Shown: piece by piece, positions 21,207 through 31,016 of the stretch | How the letters are laid out: every line of letters begins with the position of its first letter | How positions within the stretch are numbered: the stretch's first letter is position 1 | Source: an uncultured bacterium | GTDB taxonomy: Bacteria; Bacillota_I; Bacilli_A; RFN20; CAG-826 | Assembly: GCA_949285665.1 (NCBI GenBank) | Contig: CASDYC010000001.1 | Span: 325,376-389,375, forward strand | Reading direction: 5' to 3' | Length of the DNA: 64,000 bases | Made by a program: the position numbers and the translations under genes | The notes under the pieces: generated by a model | The model's input: the letters and a program-made list of their open reading frames with translations, nothing else | Database searches by the model: none | What the model was told of the DNA's origin: nothing

Positions 21207-24200
21207 TTATATTTACCTCCTTGATTTTATTATCTAATATTGAAATTAATAAGGTTTTGCATGGTTTTTTGAATTTTTCTTGAATATATTTTTTATAAAT
21301 ACTTAATTGAGTTTTATATTCTTCATCATCAATATTTTTTAATTTATAATCAATTATCTTTACTTCATTTTCATCAGCTATTATTAAATCAACAAAGCCG
21401 TGAATATCTTGATTTTTATCATAAAATTCATATTCTTTATAAATTTGTGTATTTTTAAGATTGGAAAATATATCCAATCTTAAAAATTTGTCAATTACAT
21501 TTTTATAACGAGATTCATTAATAAAACTTGTATCTTTAGTTTTTAAATCGATTAATGATAATAAATTATGAATTTTACTACCTTCATCTAATTTACTTTG
21601 AATATCATTATCTATAAATTCAACATTTTTACTGCCTTTTTTATTAATAATTTCAGAAAATTTAATTTCTACATTATTAATCGTAATATTTTCAACATCT
21701 TTAGGTTTATCCTTATTTTTTAATTCTGATTTTAAATTTAATTCTAATTCTTTTTTATAAGAATTAGTGATCGGAACGATAAATTGATTTGCAAATTCAT
21801 TATCTATTTCATAATCATTTATATATTGTTTGATAAATGATAAAAAAGAACTATCTTTTACAATTTTTTCTTTTTTATCATTTTCCAAAGTAACGATATT
21901 ACATTGTTCTCTAGCTCTTGTAATTGCAACATAATATAGTCTTACAAGTTCGTTAATAATTTCATTTTTGTTATATTTTTTAATTAAATTAAAATAAAAT
22001 GAATGCTTTTTATTCTTGTTTCCAATTTCTATACCATATTTTTTATTGCTCATAAATTCAGCAATTTCTTTAGATTGCTTTATTTGAATTTGATTTGAAG
22101 CAATATCGATTATGTAAATAATTGGCCATTCTAAACCTTTTGATTTAAATATTGTCATCATGTTTACAGCATCTTCAACAGTATTTAAATACTCACTTTT
22201 AATATCATCATTATTTGATTTGAGGTAATCGAAAATTAAAATTAAATCATACAAATTTTTACCACTATCTTCAAATTCTCTTGTTAAATTATAAAAGTAT
22301 TCAATATTGTCAATATTTGTTAATGGATCAGAAATTCTAGGTAATTTTTCGATAAATTCAAATTTTTGTATTATATTTAAAACTAGTTGAGTTAAAGATA
22401 AATTATTATTTTTAAAATCTTCATATAATTCGATACATTTTTTAATAATTTCACTATCTAAATATGTATTATTTTTTAAATTATTATAAATTGTAGAATC
22501 ATTAATTTTTTCATCAGAAATTCTTTTTGTTTCGTTATTTTTTTCACTAGAATCATCTTTATTTTTTTTATATAAGTATGATCTTGCAATTGATAAATAG
22601 TATTCTTTTAATTTTATTTCACTTCTTGTATCTTCATCTTTGCTAAGTTCATATATTAAAGAAATAATCGATTTTAATACAACAATTGGCATTGAGACAT
22701 TAATATCTTGATCTTTATAATTAATAATTGGAACATGATATTTATTAAATACTTTTTCAATTCTATCAAAATATTTTTTTCTAGATGCAATAATACAAAA
22801 ATCGCTAAATTTAGCTTCTCTTAACGTTTTAGTATCCTTATCATAGACCATAAATCCTGAATTCATTTTTTTGATTATATCCTGACAAATAAAATAACCA
22901 TAACAATCTAATTTAGATTTAATATTATATATTTTTGCATAATCTTGCATTTTTAAAGAAATATTCAATAAATGAACTCCATAATGGTCTTCATGAGCAT
23001 AAATATTTTGATTATAAGCTGTTAATCCATATTCAATGTGATGATCATCTTTATAATTAATATTGTCATCTTTTTCAAATAAATGACCAAAAATTTTATT
23101 AACATCATCTAAAATTTGTTTTCTTGAACGAAAATTTTTGGTTAATTGTAAGGCTTGACCTTTGGCTTTTTCATTTTTAAAAACTATAAATTTGTTATTG
23201 AAAATATCACAATTTGCATTTCTAAAACTATAAATTGATTGTTTAACATCCCCAACACAATATACATTATTATTTGAAAATTTATTTATGAAAGCTTCTT
23301 GTATATCACTTGTATCTTGGTATTCATCAATTAAAATAAATTTAAAAGTATTAGTTAAATATGTTTTTACTTCTTTAAAATCTAATAATTTATATGAAAT
23401 TTTTGCAATATCATCAAAAGTAAATTTATTGATCATTTTTTTATAATCATCTAATTTATCATTTAATGTTTTTACAATATTTAAAAAGAATTCTAATGTT
23501 TCATTTTCGTCTTCAATAAATTTTAAATTATCATCTAATTTTAATGGATATCCAATATACTCATTAATAATCGCATTAAAATCAACTTTAAATTTATCAT
23601 TTAAAGCTTTATCAGTTTCTCCTAATCTCATTTCCTTTTTTTGAGCCGTAGGTCTTTTATGTTCATCTAAAAATTTAATATAATTTACAATATCTTTTCC
23701 AAAAAATTCATTTAGATAATATTTTTCCGCTTCTCTTAAATAATTTGTATTTTCAAAATGTACTTCTTCATTATTAAAACATCCATCATACATTTTTTTA
23801 ATTTTTGAAAAGAAATTGTTTACATAATCATTAAAATCTTTTTTTGCAGTTTCTTTTGTTTTATATAACAATTTAAAATCATATAAATATTTTTCTTTAT
23901 CGATGCTTTTATCTAAAAAATCTAAAGTATTATAAATAATTGTTTTGAAAATATTTAAATCTAAAAAACAATATTCTTTAAAATATTTTATAAATGTCTC
24001 ATCGTTTGAATCAATTTTTTCTTGAATTATTTTATCAAGTATTTCGTCTTTTTTAATTTTGAGATCTATTGGATTAATAATAGATATATTTGAATTCAAA
24101 TTTAATAAATATGAAAACTTTTTAAAAACAAATAATGTAAAGGAGTCAAAAGTTTGGACATGCGAAGTATTTATTTGATCTATAAATTCCCTTTTTACAT

Positions 24201-24444
24201 TATTATCTGATTTTAAAGTGCTAATTATTCTATTTTTCATTTCAAAAGCAGCACTATTTGTAAATGTTAAAACTAAAATATTTGATGGAAGAAGGTCGTG
24301 ATTTAAAAAGACGTCTTTTACTTTATTTGATAAGACATCAGTTTTACCTGAACCAGCCCCTGCGGAAACAATAATATTAGAACTATAAGCCCTAATTGCT
24401 GCTAATTGTTCATCTGTAAAATGCTTTTCACTCATCTTCTTCAT
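21199..24444 (-). CDS. addA: ATP-dependent helicase/nuclease subunit A (UvrD-like helicase plus C-terminal PD-(D/E)xK nuclease)
   Basis: Walker A AGAGSGKT at the N-terminus and a C-terminal nuclease motif (GFVDLIIADENEVKIIDYK). 1081 aa. Confidence 0.85.
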   Translation of the reverse strand: MKKMSEKHFTDEQLAAIRAYSSNIIVSAGAGSGKTDVLSNKVKDVFLNHDLLPSNILVLTFTNSAAFEMKNRIISTLKSDNNVKREFIDQINTSHVQTFDSFTLFVFKKFSYLLNLNSNISIINPIDLKIKKDEILDKIIQEKIDSNDETFIKYFKEYCFLDLNIFKTIIYNTLDFLDKSIDKEKYLYDFKLLYKTKETAKKDFNDYVNNFFSKIKKMYDGCFNNEEVHFENTNYLREAEKYYLNEFFGKDIVNYIKFLDEHKRPTAQKKEMRLGETDKALNDKFKVDFNAIINEYIGYPLKLDDNLKFIEDENETLEFFLNIVKTLNDKLDDYKKMINKFTFDDIAKISYKLLDFKEVKTYLTNTFKFILIDEYQDTSDIQEAFINKFSNNNVYCVGDVKQSIYSFRNANCDIFNNKFIVFKNEKAKGQALQLTKNFRSRKQILDDVNKIFGHLFEKDDNINYKDDHHIEYGLTAYNQNIYAHEDHYGVHLLNISLKMQDYAKIYNIKSKLDCYGYFICQDIIKKMNSGFMVYDKDTKTLREAKFSDFCIIASRKKYFDRIEKVFNKYHVPIINYKDQDINVSMPIVVLKSIISLIYELSKDEDTRSEIKLKEYYLSIARSYLYKKNKDDSSEKNNETKRISDEKINDSTIYNNLKNNTYLDSEIIKKCIELYEDFKNNNLSLTQLVLNIIQKFEFIEKLPRISDPLTNIDNIEYFYNLTREFEDSGKNLYDLILIFDYLKSNNDDIKSEYLNTVEDAVNMMTIFKSKGLEWPIIYIIDIASNQIQIKQSKEIAEFMSNKKYGIEIGNKNKKHSFYFNLIKKYNKNEIINELVRLYYVAITRAREQCNIVTLENDKKEKIVKDSSFLSFIKQYINDYEIDNEFANQFIVPITNSYKKELELNLKSELKNKDKPKDVENITINNVEIKFSEIINKKGSKNVEFIDNDIQSKLDEGSKIHNLLSLIDLKTKDTSFINESRYKNVIDKFLRLDIFSNLKNTQIYKEYEFYDKNQDIHGFVDLIIADENEVKIIDYKLKNIDDEEYKTQLSIYKKYIQEKFKKPCKTLLISILDNKIKEVNINV

Positions 24445-26908
24445 CCTCTATTGAAATATCATCATTTGCTTTTTTGTTTGAATCAGTCACATTATTATAC
24501 TGATTGTAGTCGTTTTTTCTAACATAACAAATGTTAGAAAAACTACAGTATGTACAAGGAGTATTTCTTTCATTATCTTTTTTAATTCTTATTGGAAAAA
24601 CATCAAACTTATAATTTTTTATATCTTCTATTTTATTTATAATAACTTGTTTTGTTAATTCTAATATATCGCTAATATTTTTCTCTGTTATTCCTTCATC
24701 ATTTTTGACTTGATGCATAGGATAAGATTTTAGTTTTTTAAAATAATCACTATTTAAACTCTTTTTAAATTCTTCTTCACTATTTAAAAAACCTGTAAAA
24801 TACATTTTATCTTTTTCTTTTTTAAGATCAATTACACCATCATCAATATATAATAAATTAGGATTTAAAAGTCTTGAAAAAGCAGCAAAACCTATTTCAT
24901 AGTTCATATAATAATTATTTGAAGTTACTAATAAAATATATGTTGGAAGTTGAATGTTAACTCCATAGCTTATCTCATCATAATCAAAAGCTTTTCCATT
25001 TGTTTTATAATCTAAAACATTTATATATTTTTGATTATTTATACTTGTTATTATTAAAGAATCAATTTTACCTTCAAAATCATAATCATCTAATTTAATT
25101 TTGAAATTTTTCTCATGAAAATCTTTAACATAGTTAATATTTTTCTTTATATCTAATAATACATCAATATAAGATTTAAAATTTTCGATAATTTTATCAC
25201 TTAAAATAAGTTCAATTTTATTTAAAAAATAATTATTTTTATTTTCTTCAACGCTTTTTTCTAAATTAAAATTATCTTTATAAACATTTTCTAAAACTTT
25301 ATGTAAAAAATTTCCAACTCTTATACTAAAATCATCGTTATTTTCATTTATCTTTAAAATATAAGTTAAATAATATGAAAATGGACAATTCGAAAATTTT
25401 TGAATTTGAGAAATTGAAAAGCTTTTTTCTTTTAATTCCTCGATTTTTTGCTCATTTTCCCAAATAAAATTATTTGTGTAATAATTTTTTTCTATAATGT
25501 TTGAATTATTATAAACGTTATAAAAAATCGAATTTTTATTAAATTTATCTTTCTCATTTTTTATAATACTAAATTTTAAATTTGCATCAATTGAAGAAAA
25601 ATCATTTTGTTCTTCTCTTTCTCTAATATATTCTTTTTCATTTAAATTAAGATCTTTAACAAAAAGTGATGGATAAATTCTTTCTCCGACGTGTTTTTTA
25701 TAATAAGAAATTAAACTAAAATTTCCAAATATTATAAAATTTTTAACTCTTTCATATTCTAGTTTATATAACTGGTATGAAGGATTTATATTATTTTCTT
25801 TTAATAATTTATCATCTAAAATGTTATCGTTTGTGAATTCTTTTGGAAAAACTCCTTGAACAAAATCTAATAAATAATATTCTTTATCTAATTTACAATC
25901 AATTTCATCATTTAAAATTTCAATACCTTTATTACCAACTTGTTCAATATTTATAGTAGATTGAAGAATTTGATTTAAAACATTAAAACCAAAATCAAAA
26001 TCGTAATTATTTAATTTATATTGATTAATAATTTTATTCACTTGTAATATATATTGATTAACAATTGGATATTTATTATTAGTGTCAAGATTTTTAGTTA
26101 CACTATATAAATAATTTAAATATCTCTTAACACAATTTATATTAAGCAAAGATGTTCTTTTTTTATAATAAAAATCTAAATTGTAAGCTTTTTTAAAGTA
26201 AGGTAAAAAGAAAGCAAGATTATCAATATTGCCAATTATCTTTATGTTATTTTCTAATTTTCTTTCGTTTTTAATTTTTATAACATCAACATTTTTATTT
26301 TCTTCATTATTATAAGTTTTAATATTTATTTCAGAAATTTTCTTAAATTTTTCTACAATTGAATTCATAACATATTCAAGTTGCTGAAAAATATTGTTAA
26401 AAACTACTACATTTTGTTTATCATTAGGTTTTAAAAAATCAAAAAACTCCGCAAAACCTAAATATTTTGCATTTAAATTATATTTTTTCGCTAGATAATT
26501 AATTTCAATATCATCCTTTAAATCAATAAAAATTAATTGTTTATTTTTAAAAGTTTGATTTGTATATTTATTTTCAATTAGTAAATTTTTATTTAATAAG
26601 TCACGTTTAATATTCAAAAATAACTGAAGATTTTCATCATTTGTTTCGTTTTTTTCTAATAAGTGAACAATATTTAAATATTTTTTAATCTTTAAATAAT
26701 CAAAAATATGTTTTTTATTCTTATTTGTTAATGATAATAAATAATTAATTGTTTCAGCATCATAATCAAAAGAAAAATATTTTTTAAAAGATGTAACATC
26801 ATAAAAAGTAAAAGAAATATAAGGATTTTTGTCTCTATAACTTAAAACTAAAGAATTACATTCTTTATTAGCAACTATTATATATTCAATACCTTTTTCT
26901 AAAATCAT
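24428..26908 (-). CDS. addB: Helicase/nuclease subunit B (AddB/RexB) with an Fe-S cluster nuclease domain
   Basis: C-terminal nuclease (VLDYKTN...QLPTYIL) flanked by Cys...CxxCx5C (CPFSYY...CTYCSFSNIC). No Walker A. Coupled upstream of addA. Confidence 0.75.
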   Translation of the reverse strand: MILEKGIEYIIVANKECNSLVLSYRDKNPYISFTFYDVTSFKKYFSFDYDAETINYLLSLTNKNKKHIFDYLKIKKYLNIVHLLEKNETNDENLQLFLNIKRDLLNKNLLIENKYTNQTFKNKQLIFIDLKDDIEINYLAKKYNLNAKYLGFAEFFDFLKPNDKQNVVVFNNIFQQLEYVMNSIVEKFKKISEINIKTYNNEENKNVDVIKIKNERKLENNIKIIGNIDNLAFFLPYFKKAYNLDFYYKKRTSLLNINCVKRYLNYLYSVTKNLDTNNKYPIVNQYILQVNKIINQYKLNNYDFDFGFNVLNQILQSTINIEQVGNKGIEILNDEIDCKLDKEYYLLDFVQGVFPKEFTNDNILDDKLLKENNINPSYQLYKLEYERVKNFIIFGNFSLISYYKKHVGERIYPSLFVKDLNLNEKEYIREREEQNDFSSIDANLKFSIIKNEKDKFNKNSIFYNVYNNSNIIEKNYYTNNFIWENEQKIEELKEKSFSISQIQKFSNCPFSYYLTYILKINENNDDFSIRVGNFLHKVLENVYKDNFNLEKSVEENKNNYFLNKIELILSDKIIENFKSYIDVLLDIKKNINYVKDFHEKNFKIKLDDYDFEGKIDSLIITSINNQKYINVLDYKTNGKAFDYDEISYGVNIQLPTYILLVTSNNYYMNYEIGFAAFSRLLNPNLLYIDDGVIDLKKEKDKMYFTGFLNSEEEFKKSLNSDYFKKLKSYPMHQVKNDEGITEKNISDILELTKQVIINKIEDIKNYKFDVFPIRIKKDNERNTPCTYCSFSNICYVRKNDYNQYNNVTDSNKKANDDISIEDEEDE

Positions 26909-26924
26909 TTTTATTCCCTTATTC

Positions 26925-28415
26925 TTATTTTGAATAATTTATTGCATTTTTGATGGCTTTTTTCCATCCATCATAAAGTTTTTCTCTTTTTTCTTCATCC
27001 ATTTTACAATAATATTCTTTTTTAATTTCATTTAATTTTTTAACTTCATCCAAAGATTTAAAAAATCCGGAATATAAGCCAGCTAAATATGCAGCTCCGG
27101 TTGAAGTCATTTCTAAATTATTGTCAACTTCTACTTTCATATTTAATAAATCAGCTTGAAATTGCATTAAATAATTATTTTCAGCTGCACCACCATCTGC
27201 TTTTAAAATATTAGTTTTAATTTTTGCGTCTTTATGCATGACATTAAAAACATCTTTAACTTGATATGCGATAGCTTCTAAACCGGCTTTTACAATATTT
27301 TTATAAGTTGTATTTTGACTAATATTATAAATTGTTCCTCTAACATCATCATTCCAATATGGAGTACCAAGTCCAACAAAAGCTGGAACAAAATAAACTT
27401 GTTGTTCGTCTTTTATTTCGTTTGCTAAATTTTCTGATTCACTTGCTGTTTCAATAACTTTTAAATTATCTCTTAACCATTTAATAACAGCACCACCAAC
27501 AAAGATACTTCCTTCTAAAACATAGCAATATTCATCTTTAATTTTCCATCCAATTGAAGTTAACAAACCTTTTTTTGAAAAAACTATGTTTTTACCAATA
27601 TTTAAAAGCATAAAACAGCCAGTACCATAGGTACATTTAAAATCACCTTTATTAAAACAGGCGTGTCCAAATAATGCAGCTTGTTGATCACCAATTACAG
27701 AAGTAATTTTTACTTTTGTATTAAAAAAGTCACTATATCCAAATAAACTACAAGAATCTTGTACTTTTGGTAACATATTTCTTTTAATATTAAATAAATT
27801 TAATAATTCATCATCATAATCAAAGGTATTTATATTATAAAGCATTGTTCTAGAAGCGTTTGAGACATCTGTTTTAAATTCTTTTTTATTAGTAAATCGA
27901 TAAATTAACCAAGAATCAATTGTTCCAATATAAACATTATTTTGTATATATGATTCAGGTAATTTTTTAACGTTTCTTAAATATTCTAAAATGAAAATCA
28001 TTTTTGAAGCACTAAAATAAGGATTAATTTTTAATCCAGTTTTCTTAAAAATAAATTCTTCTTTATCTAAAAATCTTTCGCAAATTTCATGAGATTGTCT
28101 TGATTGCCAGATTATGCAATTATATAAAGGTTCGCCAGTAAATTTATCAAACGCTACAACAGATTCTCTTTGATTTGTAATTCCAATACAATCTATATCA
28201 TTAAATGTTGTATTACTTTTAATTAAAACTTGGTTAATGCATTCAACTACACTCAACCAAATTTCTATTGAATCGGCTTCGATCCATCCACTTTTTGGCG
28301 TAATTAAATTAATCTCTCTAGAAGATTTTTCAATTATTTGACCATATTTATCAATTAATATTGCTCTTGAAGATGTCGTTCCTTGATCAATACTTAAAAT
28401 ATATTTTTTATTCAT
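26925..28415 (-). CDS. glpK: Glycerol kinase (FGGY family)
   Basis: The N-terminus ILSIDQGTTSSRAILID...GWIE matches the GlpK signature closely. Confidence 0.85.
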   Translation of the reverse strand: MNKKYILSIDQGTTSSRAILIDKYGQIIEKSSREINLITPKSGWIEADSIEIWLSVVECINQVLIKSNTTFNDIDCIGITNQRESVVAFDKFTGEPLYNCIIWQSRQSHEICERFLDKEEFIFKKTGLKINPYFSASKMIFILEYLRNVKKLPESYIQNNVYIGTIDSWLIYRFTNKKEFKTDVSNASRTMLYNINTFDYDDELLNLFNIKRNMLPKVQDSCSLFGYSDFFNTKVKITSVIGDQQAALFGHACFNKGDFKCTYGTGCFMLLNIGKNIVFSKKGLLTSIGWKIKDEYCYVLEGSIFVGGAVIKWLRDNLKVIETASESENLANEIKDEQQVYFVPAFVGLGTPYWNDDVRGTIYNISQNTTYKNIVKAGLEAIAYQVKDVFNVMHKDAKIKTNILKADGGAAENNYLMQFQADLLNMKVEVDNNLEMTSTGAAYLAGLYSGFFKSLDEVKKLNEIKKEYYCKMDEEKREKLYDGWKKAIKNAINYSK

Positions 28416-29176
28416 AAATTAAACAACTTAAGTAGATATTTTGCTGGTCCATCATTATTATTTGTATCACAAATATCAATGTCATTACCATTATAATGAA
28501 CATTATTATTTCCGACTAATACACCTTTTCCCGATTTTAAAAGCATTTCTAAATCATTAATATCATCACCAAACGAGATTACTTGCGCTAAACTAATTTT
28601 TTCAATTTTACAAAGTTCAAATAATCCATTATATTTGGAATCGCCAATATTATTTAATCTATAACATCCAGGTCTAGAATATGGAGTTAGTTGTAAAAAA
28701 TATTTAGCTACTTCTTTTTTAATTTTTTCTAATAGGTCATCAGAATGTTTAAAATAAATGTCAATTTTATAAGCAAAATCATTTGTATAAAAACTATAAT
28801 CAACTTTAATAAATGTATCTCTAACTAAACTTTGGTCATCAGAGTATCCTTTATCATAAGTTTGAACTGTAAAATGAATGTTATATTTTTTAAAAAATTT
28901 GATTAATTTATTTGTAAATTCTGGCGGTATTGGACTTTTAAATAATGTTTTAAATCGATTATTTAAAATTAAACTTCCGCCACCACAAATTGTATAATCA
29001 GGTTGAAATCTTCTAATAACATTCATTGTTTCACCATAACCTCTTGCAGTGTTATAGATAATTTTTTTACCGTTTTCACGAAGCTTTGTTAAAGCTTTAA
29101 ATGAAAAATCACTTATTTTTCTGTCATCATTTAACAATGTTCGATCTAAATCAAAAACTAAATATTCAAAATTCAT
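28412..29176 (-). CDS. HAD-superfamily hydrolase (Cof-type phosphatase)
   Basis: DxD motif FDLDRTLL at the N-terminus and a C-terminal GDxxND (GDDINDLEM). Confidence 0.75.
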   Translation of the reverse strand: MNFEYLVFDLDRTLLNDDRKISDFSFKALTKLRENGKKIIYNTARGYGETMNVIRRFQPDYTICGGGSLILNNRFKTLFKSPIPPEFTNKLIKFFKKYNIHFTVQTYDKGYSDDQSLVRDTFIKVDYSFYTNDFAYKIDIYFKHSDDLLEKIKKEVAKYFLQLTPYSRPGCYRLNNIGDSKYNGLFELCKIEKISLAQVISFGDDINDLEMLLKSGKGVLVGNNNVHYNGNDIDICDTNNNDGPAKYLLKLFNL

Positions 29177-29206
29177 ACACTAATATTTTAGCAAAATTAC
29201 ACCACC

Positions 29207-29235
29207 TTGAAATTTATTTTTAATTTAAATATAAT
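29207..29235 (+). promoter_or_regulatory. Consensus sigma-A promoter (TTGAAA, 17 nt, TATAAT) driving tRNA-Ala
   Basis: Perfect hexamers with 17-nt spacing, 10 nt upstream of the mature tRNA 5' end. Confidence 0.55.
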
Positions 29236-29245
29236 AAATATCGTC

Positions 29246-29321
29246 GGGCCTGTAGCTCAGTTGGTAGAGCGCCTCCATGGCATGGAGGAGGCAGCGAGTT
29301 CGATCCTCGTCAGGTCCACCA
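29246..29321 (+). tRNA. tRNA-Ala (anticodon GGC), CCA encoded
   Basis: Manual cloverleaf: acceptor GGGCCUG/CAGGUCC with G3:U70, anticodon arm CCUCC-AUGGCAU-GGAGG, T-arm GCGAG-UUCGAUC-CUCGU, discriminator A, CCA. Confidence 0.9.
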
Positions 29322-29365
29322 AAAAATTTTTTTTAAACTTTACAAAATACATTTAAATATTATTG

Positions 29366-30892
29366 ATGAAAGACGAATATTTTTATAATTTATACCAAAA
29401 AGATGGAACATACGAAACTTATTATTCTCTTTTTAAAAGTACGGCTAAATATTATGATAAAGTAACAAAAAAAGAAATGTATTTTAAAATAGTCAACTAT
29501 TTTAAAGAAGACCACGAACGAATATTGTATTTTTTAACTACTTCTTTAGTGAATTATTTAAAAAATTATGATAATAAAAAAGATAAAGAATTATCATCCA
29601 ATGATGATTTTATTAGATGCAAACTTTTTATAGAAGATTATATATACCAAGAAAAAAAAGAAATTTTAAATCCAGAATATGATTGGTTAATTTCATATAT
29701 TAAAAATAATTATTATAAAGCATTAGAAATTAGTGAATTTGTAGATTTTAATAAAGGTCTTCTTGATTTGTATGGAATTCTTACGAAAGAAGATATGTTT
29801 AAAATGTACAAAGATGCTTTCCCAGAATCAAAATTAAGTTTTAAAGAATACGATAAACAAATAACTAAATCTTATATTATTTTATTTGCGAATTATGGAA
29901 AAAAATATATCTATTATAAATGTATCGACAAACAATTTAATTTACGAAGGTATTTACAATCAATAAAAGATGCTTGCAAACATTATAATATTGTTGATTA
30001 TAAAAGATATTCTAAAGAACAAGTTCTTTCTTTTGCAAATAAATTTATGCTATTTCCAATAGAGATAGATGAGGATTCCTTTCAATTTTATTTAATATCT
30101 GATCATTCTCATTATTTTTCCTCACTTATGGATTTACCAGAACCAGATAGATTTTTTCAAGAAGAAAATGAAGATGAAAACGAAGATAAACTAAATGAGT
30201 ATTTACATATAAATTATAATACGCCTAAATGGCTATTAAAGGGTAATACGATTATCGACATAAAGGTATCTCAACATAATGATGAATTAGAAATTAATGA
30301 AGATATTAATGATGAAACAATATTTAAAGATAAAAATGAATATTTCAAATTTAAAAAATTAATTTGTGATTATTATGATTATTGTGCTAAAAAGATCATA
30401 CATAAAAAATTAAATCTTTATGATTTTGATAATGTCACAGGAAATGAAGAGGAAATAGTCGAACTTTTTGATAAAATAGCCGAAAAAAGCGATTATTATG
30501 TATCTTCGTTTATTAAAAGTGACGCAAGAATTTTAAATTATGATGATTATATTGTTTTAAATTCTTTAAGAGAATCAAGACGTTCATCTTATATAATTTT
30601 AGATATAAGCGAAGACGGTCTTATTCTTTTAGATTTTGAAAACGATGTACGTTTATTAGTAAAAGCTTTAGCGGTTCCATTTGTTGAATTATTCAAAACA
30701 AAAAATATATTAATTGATGTTACTTTAATTCCTTATAATGGAGTAATTACATACGATTCATTTTTACAACAAAACTTAATTGAAATGTCTCAAATTAATT
30801 TATCAAAAGATAAAATTGAAACTTATGATGAGTTGCAACTTTTGCAAACCGATGAAGAATTTTTAGAATTTTACAAAAATATTAAAAATTAA
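29366..30892 (+). CDS. Hypothetical 508-aa cytoplasmic protein next to tRNA-Ala
   Basis: Long intact ORF, very K/N/Y-rich, with no signal peptide or recognisable motif. The track start at 29363 is a TTG; the ATG is at 29366. Confidence 0.45.
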   Translation: MKDEYFYNLYQKDGTYETYYSLFKSTAKYYDKVTKKEMYFKIVNYFKEDHERILYFLTTSLVNYLKNYDNKKDKELSSNDDFIRCKLFIEDYIYQEKKEILNPEYDWLISYIKNNYYKALEISEFVDFNKGLLDLYGILTKEDMFKMYKDAFPESKLSFKEYDKQITKSYIILFANYGKKYIYYKCIDKQFNLRRYLQSIKDACKHYNIVDYKRYSKEQVLSFANKFMLFPIEIDEDSFQFYLISDHSHYFSSLMDLPEPDRFFQEENEDENEDKLNEYLHINYNTPKWLLKGNTIIDIKVSQHNDELEINEDINDETIFKDKNEYFKFKKLICDYYDYCAKKIIHKKLNLYDFDNVTGNEEEIVELFDKIAEKSDYYVSSFIKSDARILNYDDYIVLNSLRESRRSSYIILDISEDGLILLDFENDVRLLVKALAVPFVELFKTKNILIDVTLIPYNGVITYDSFLQQNLIEMSQINLSKDKIETYDELQLLQTDEEFLEFYKNIKN

Positions 30893-30902
30893 ACTATAAT
30901 TA

Positions 30903-31016
30903 TTAACTATAAATAAAAAAGAAAATCAAAAATAAAATTAAAAATGAAATAATTAAAAATATTCCAAAAATAATTAAATATTTCCACCAAGTCATCTTTT
31001 CAAAAAACTTTTTCAT
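30903..31016 (-). CDS. Putative 37-aa hydrophobic membrane peptide (MKKFFEKMTWWKYLIIFGIFLIISFLILFLIFFFIYS)
   Basis: Its ATG overlaps the TGA of the upstream 520-aa gene (ATGA). A single predicted TM helix. Below the ORF-track size cutoff. Confidence 0.3.
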   Translation of the reverse strand: MKKFFEKMTWWKYLIIFGIFLIISFLILFLIFFFIYS

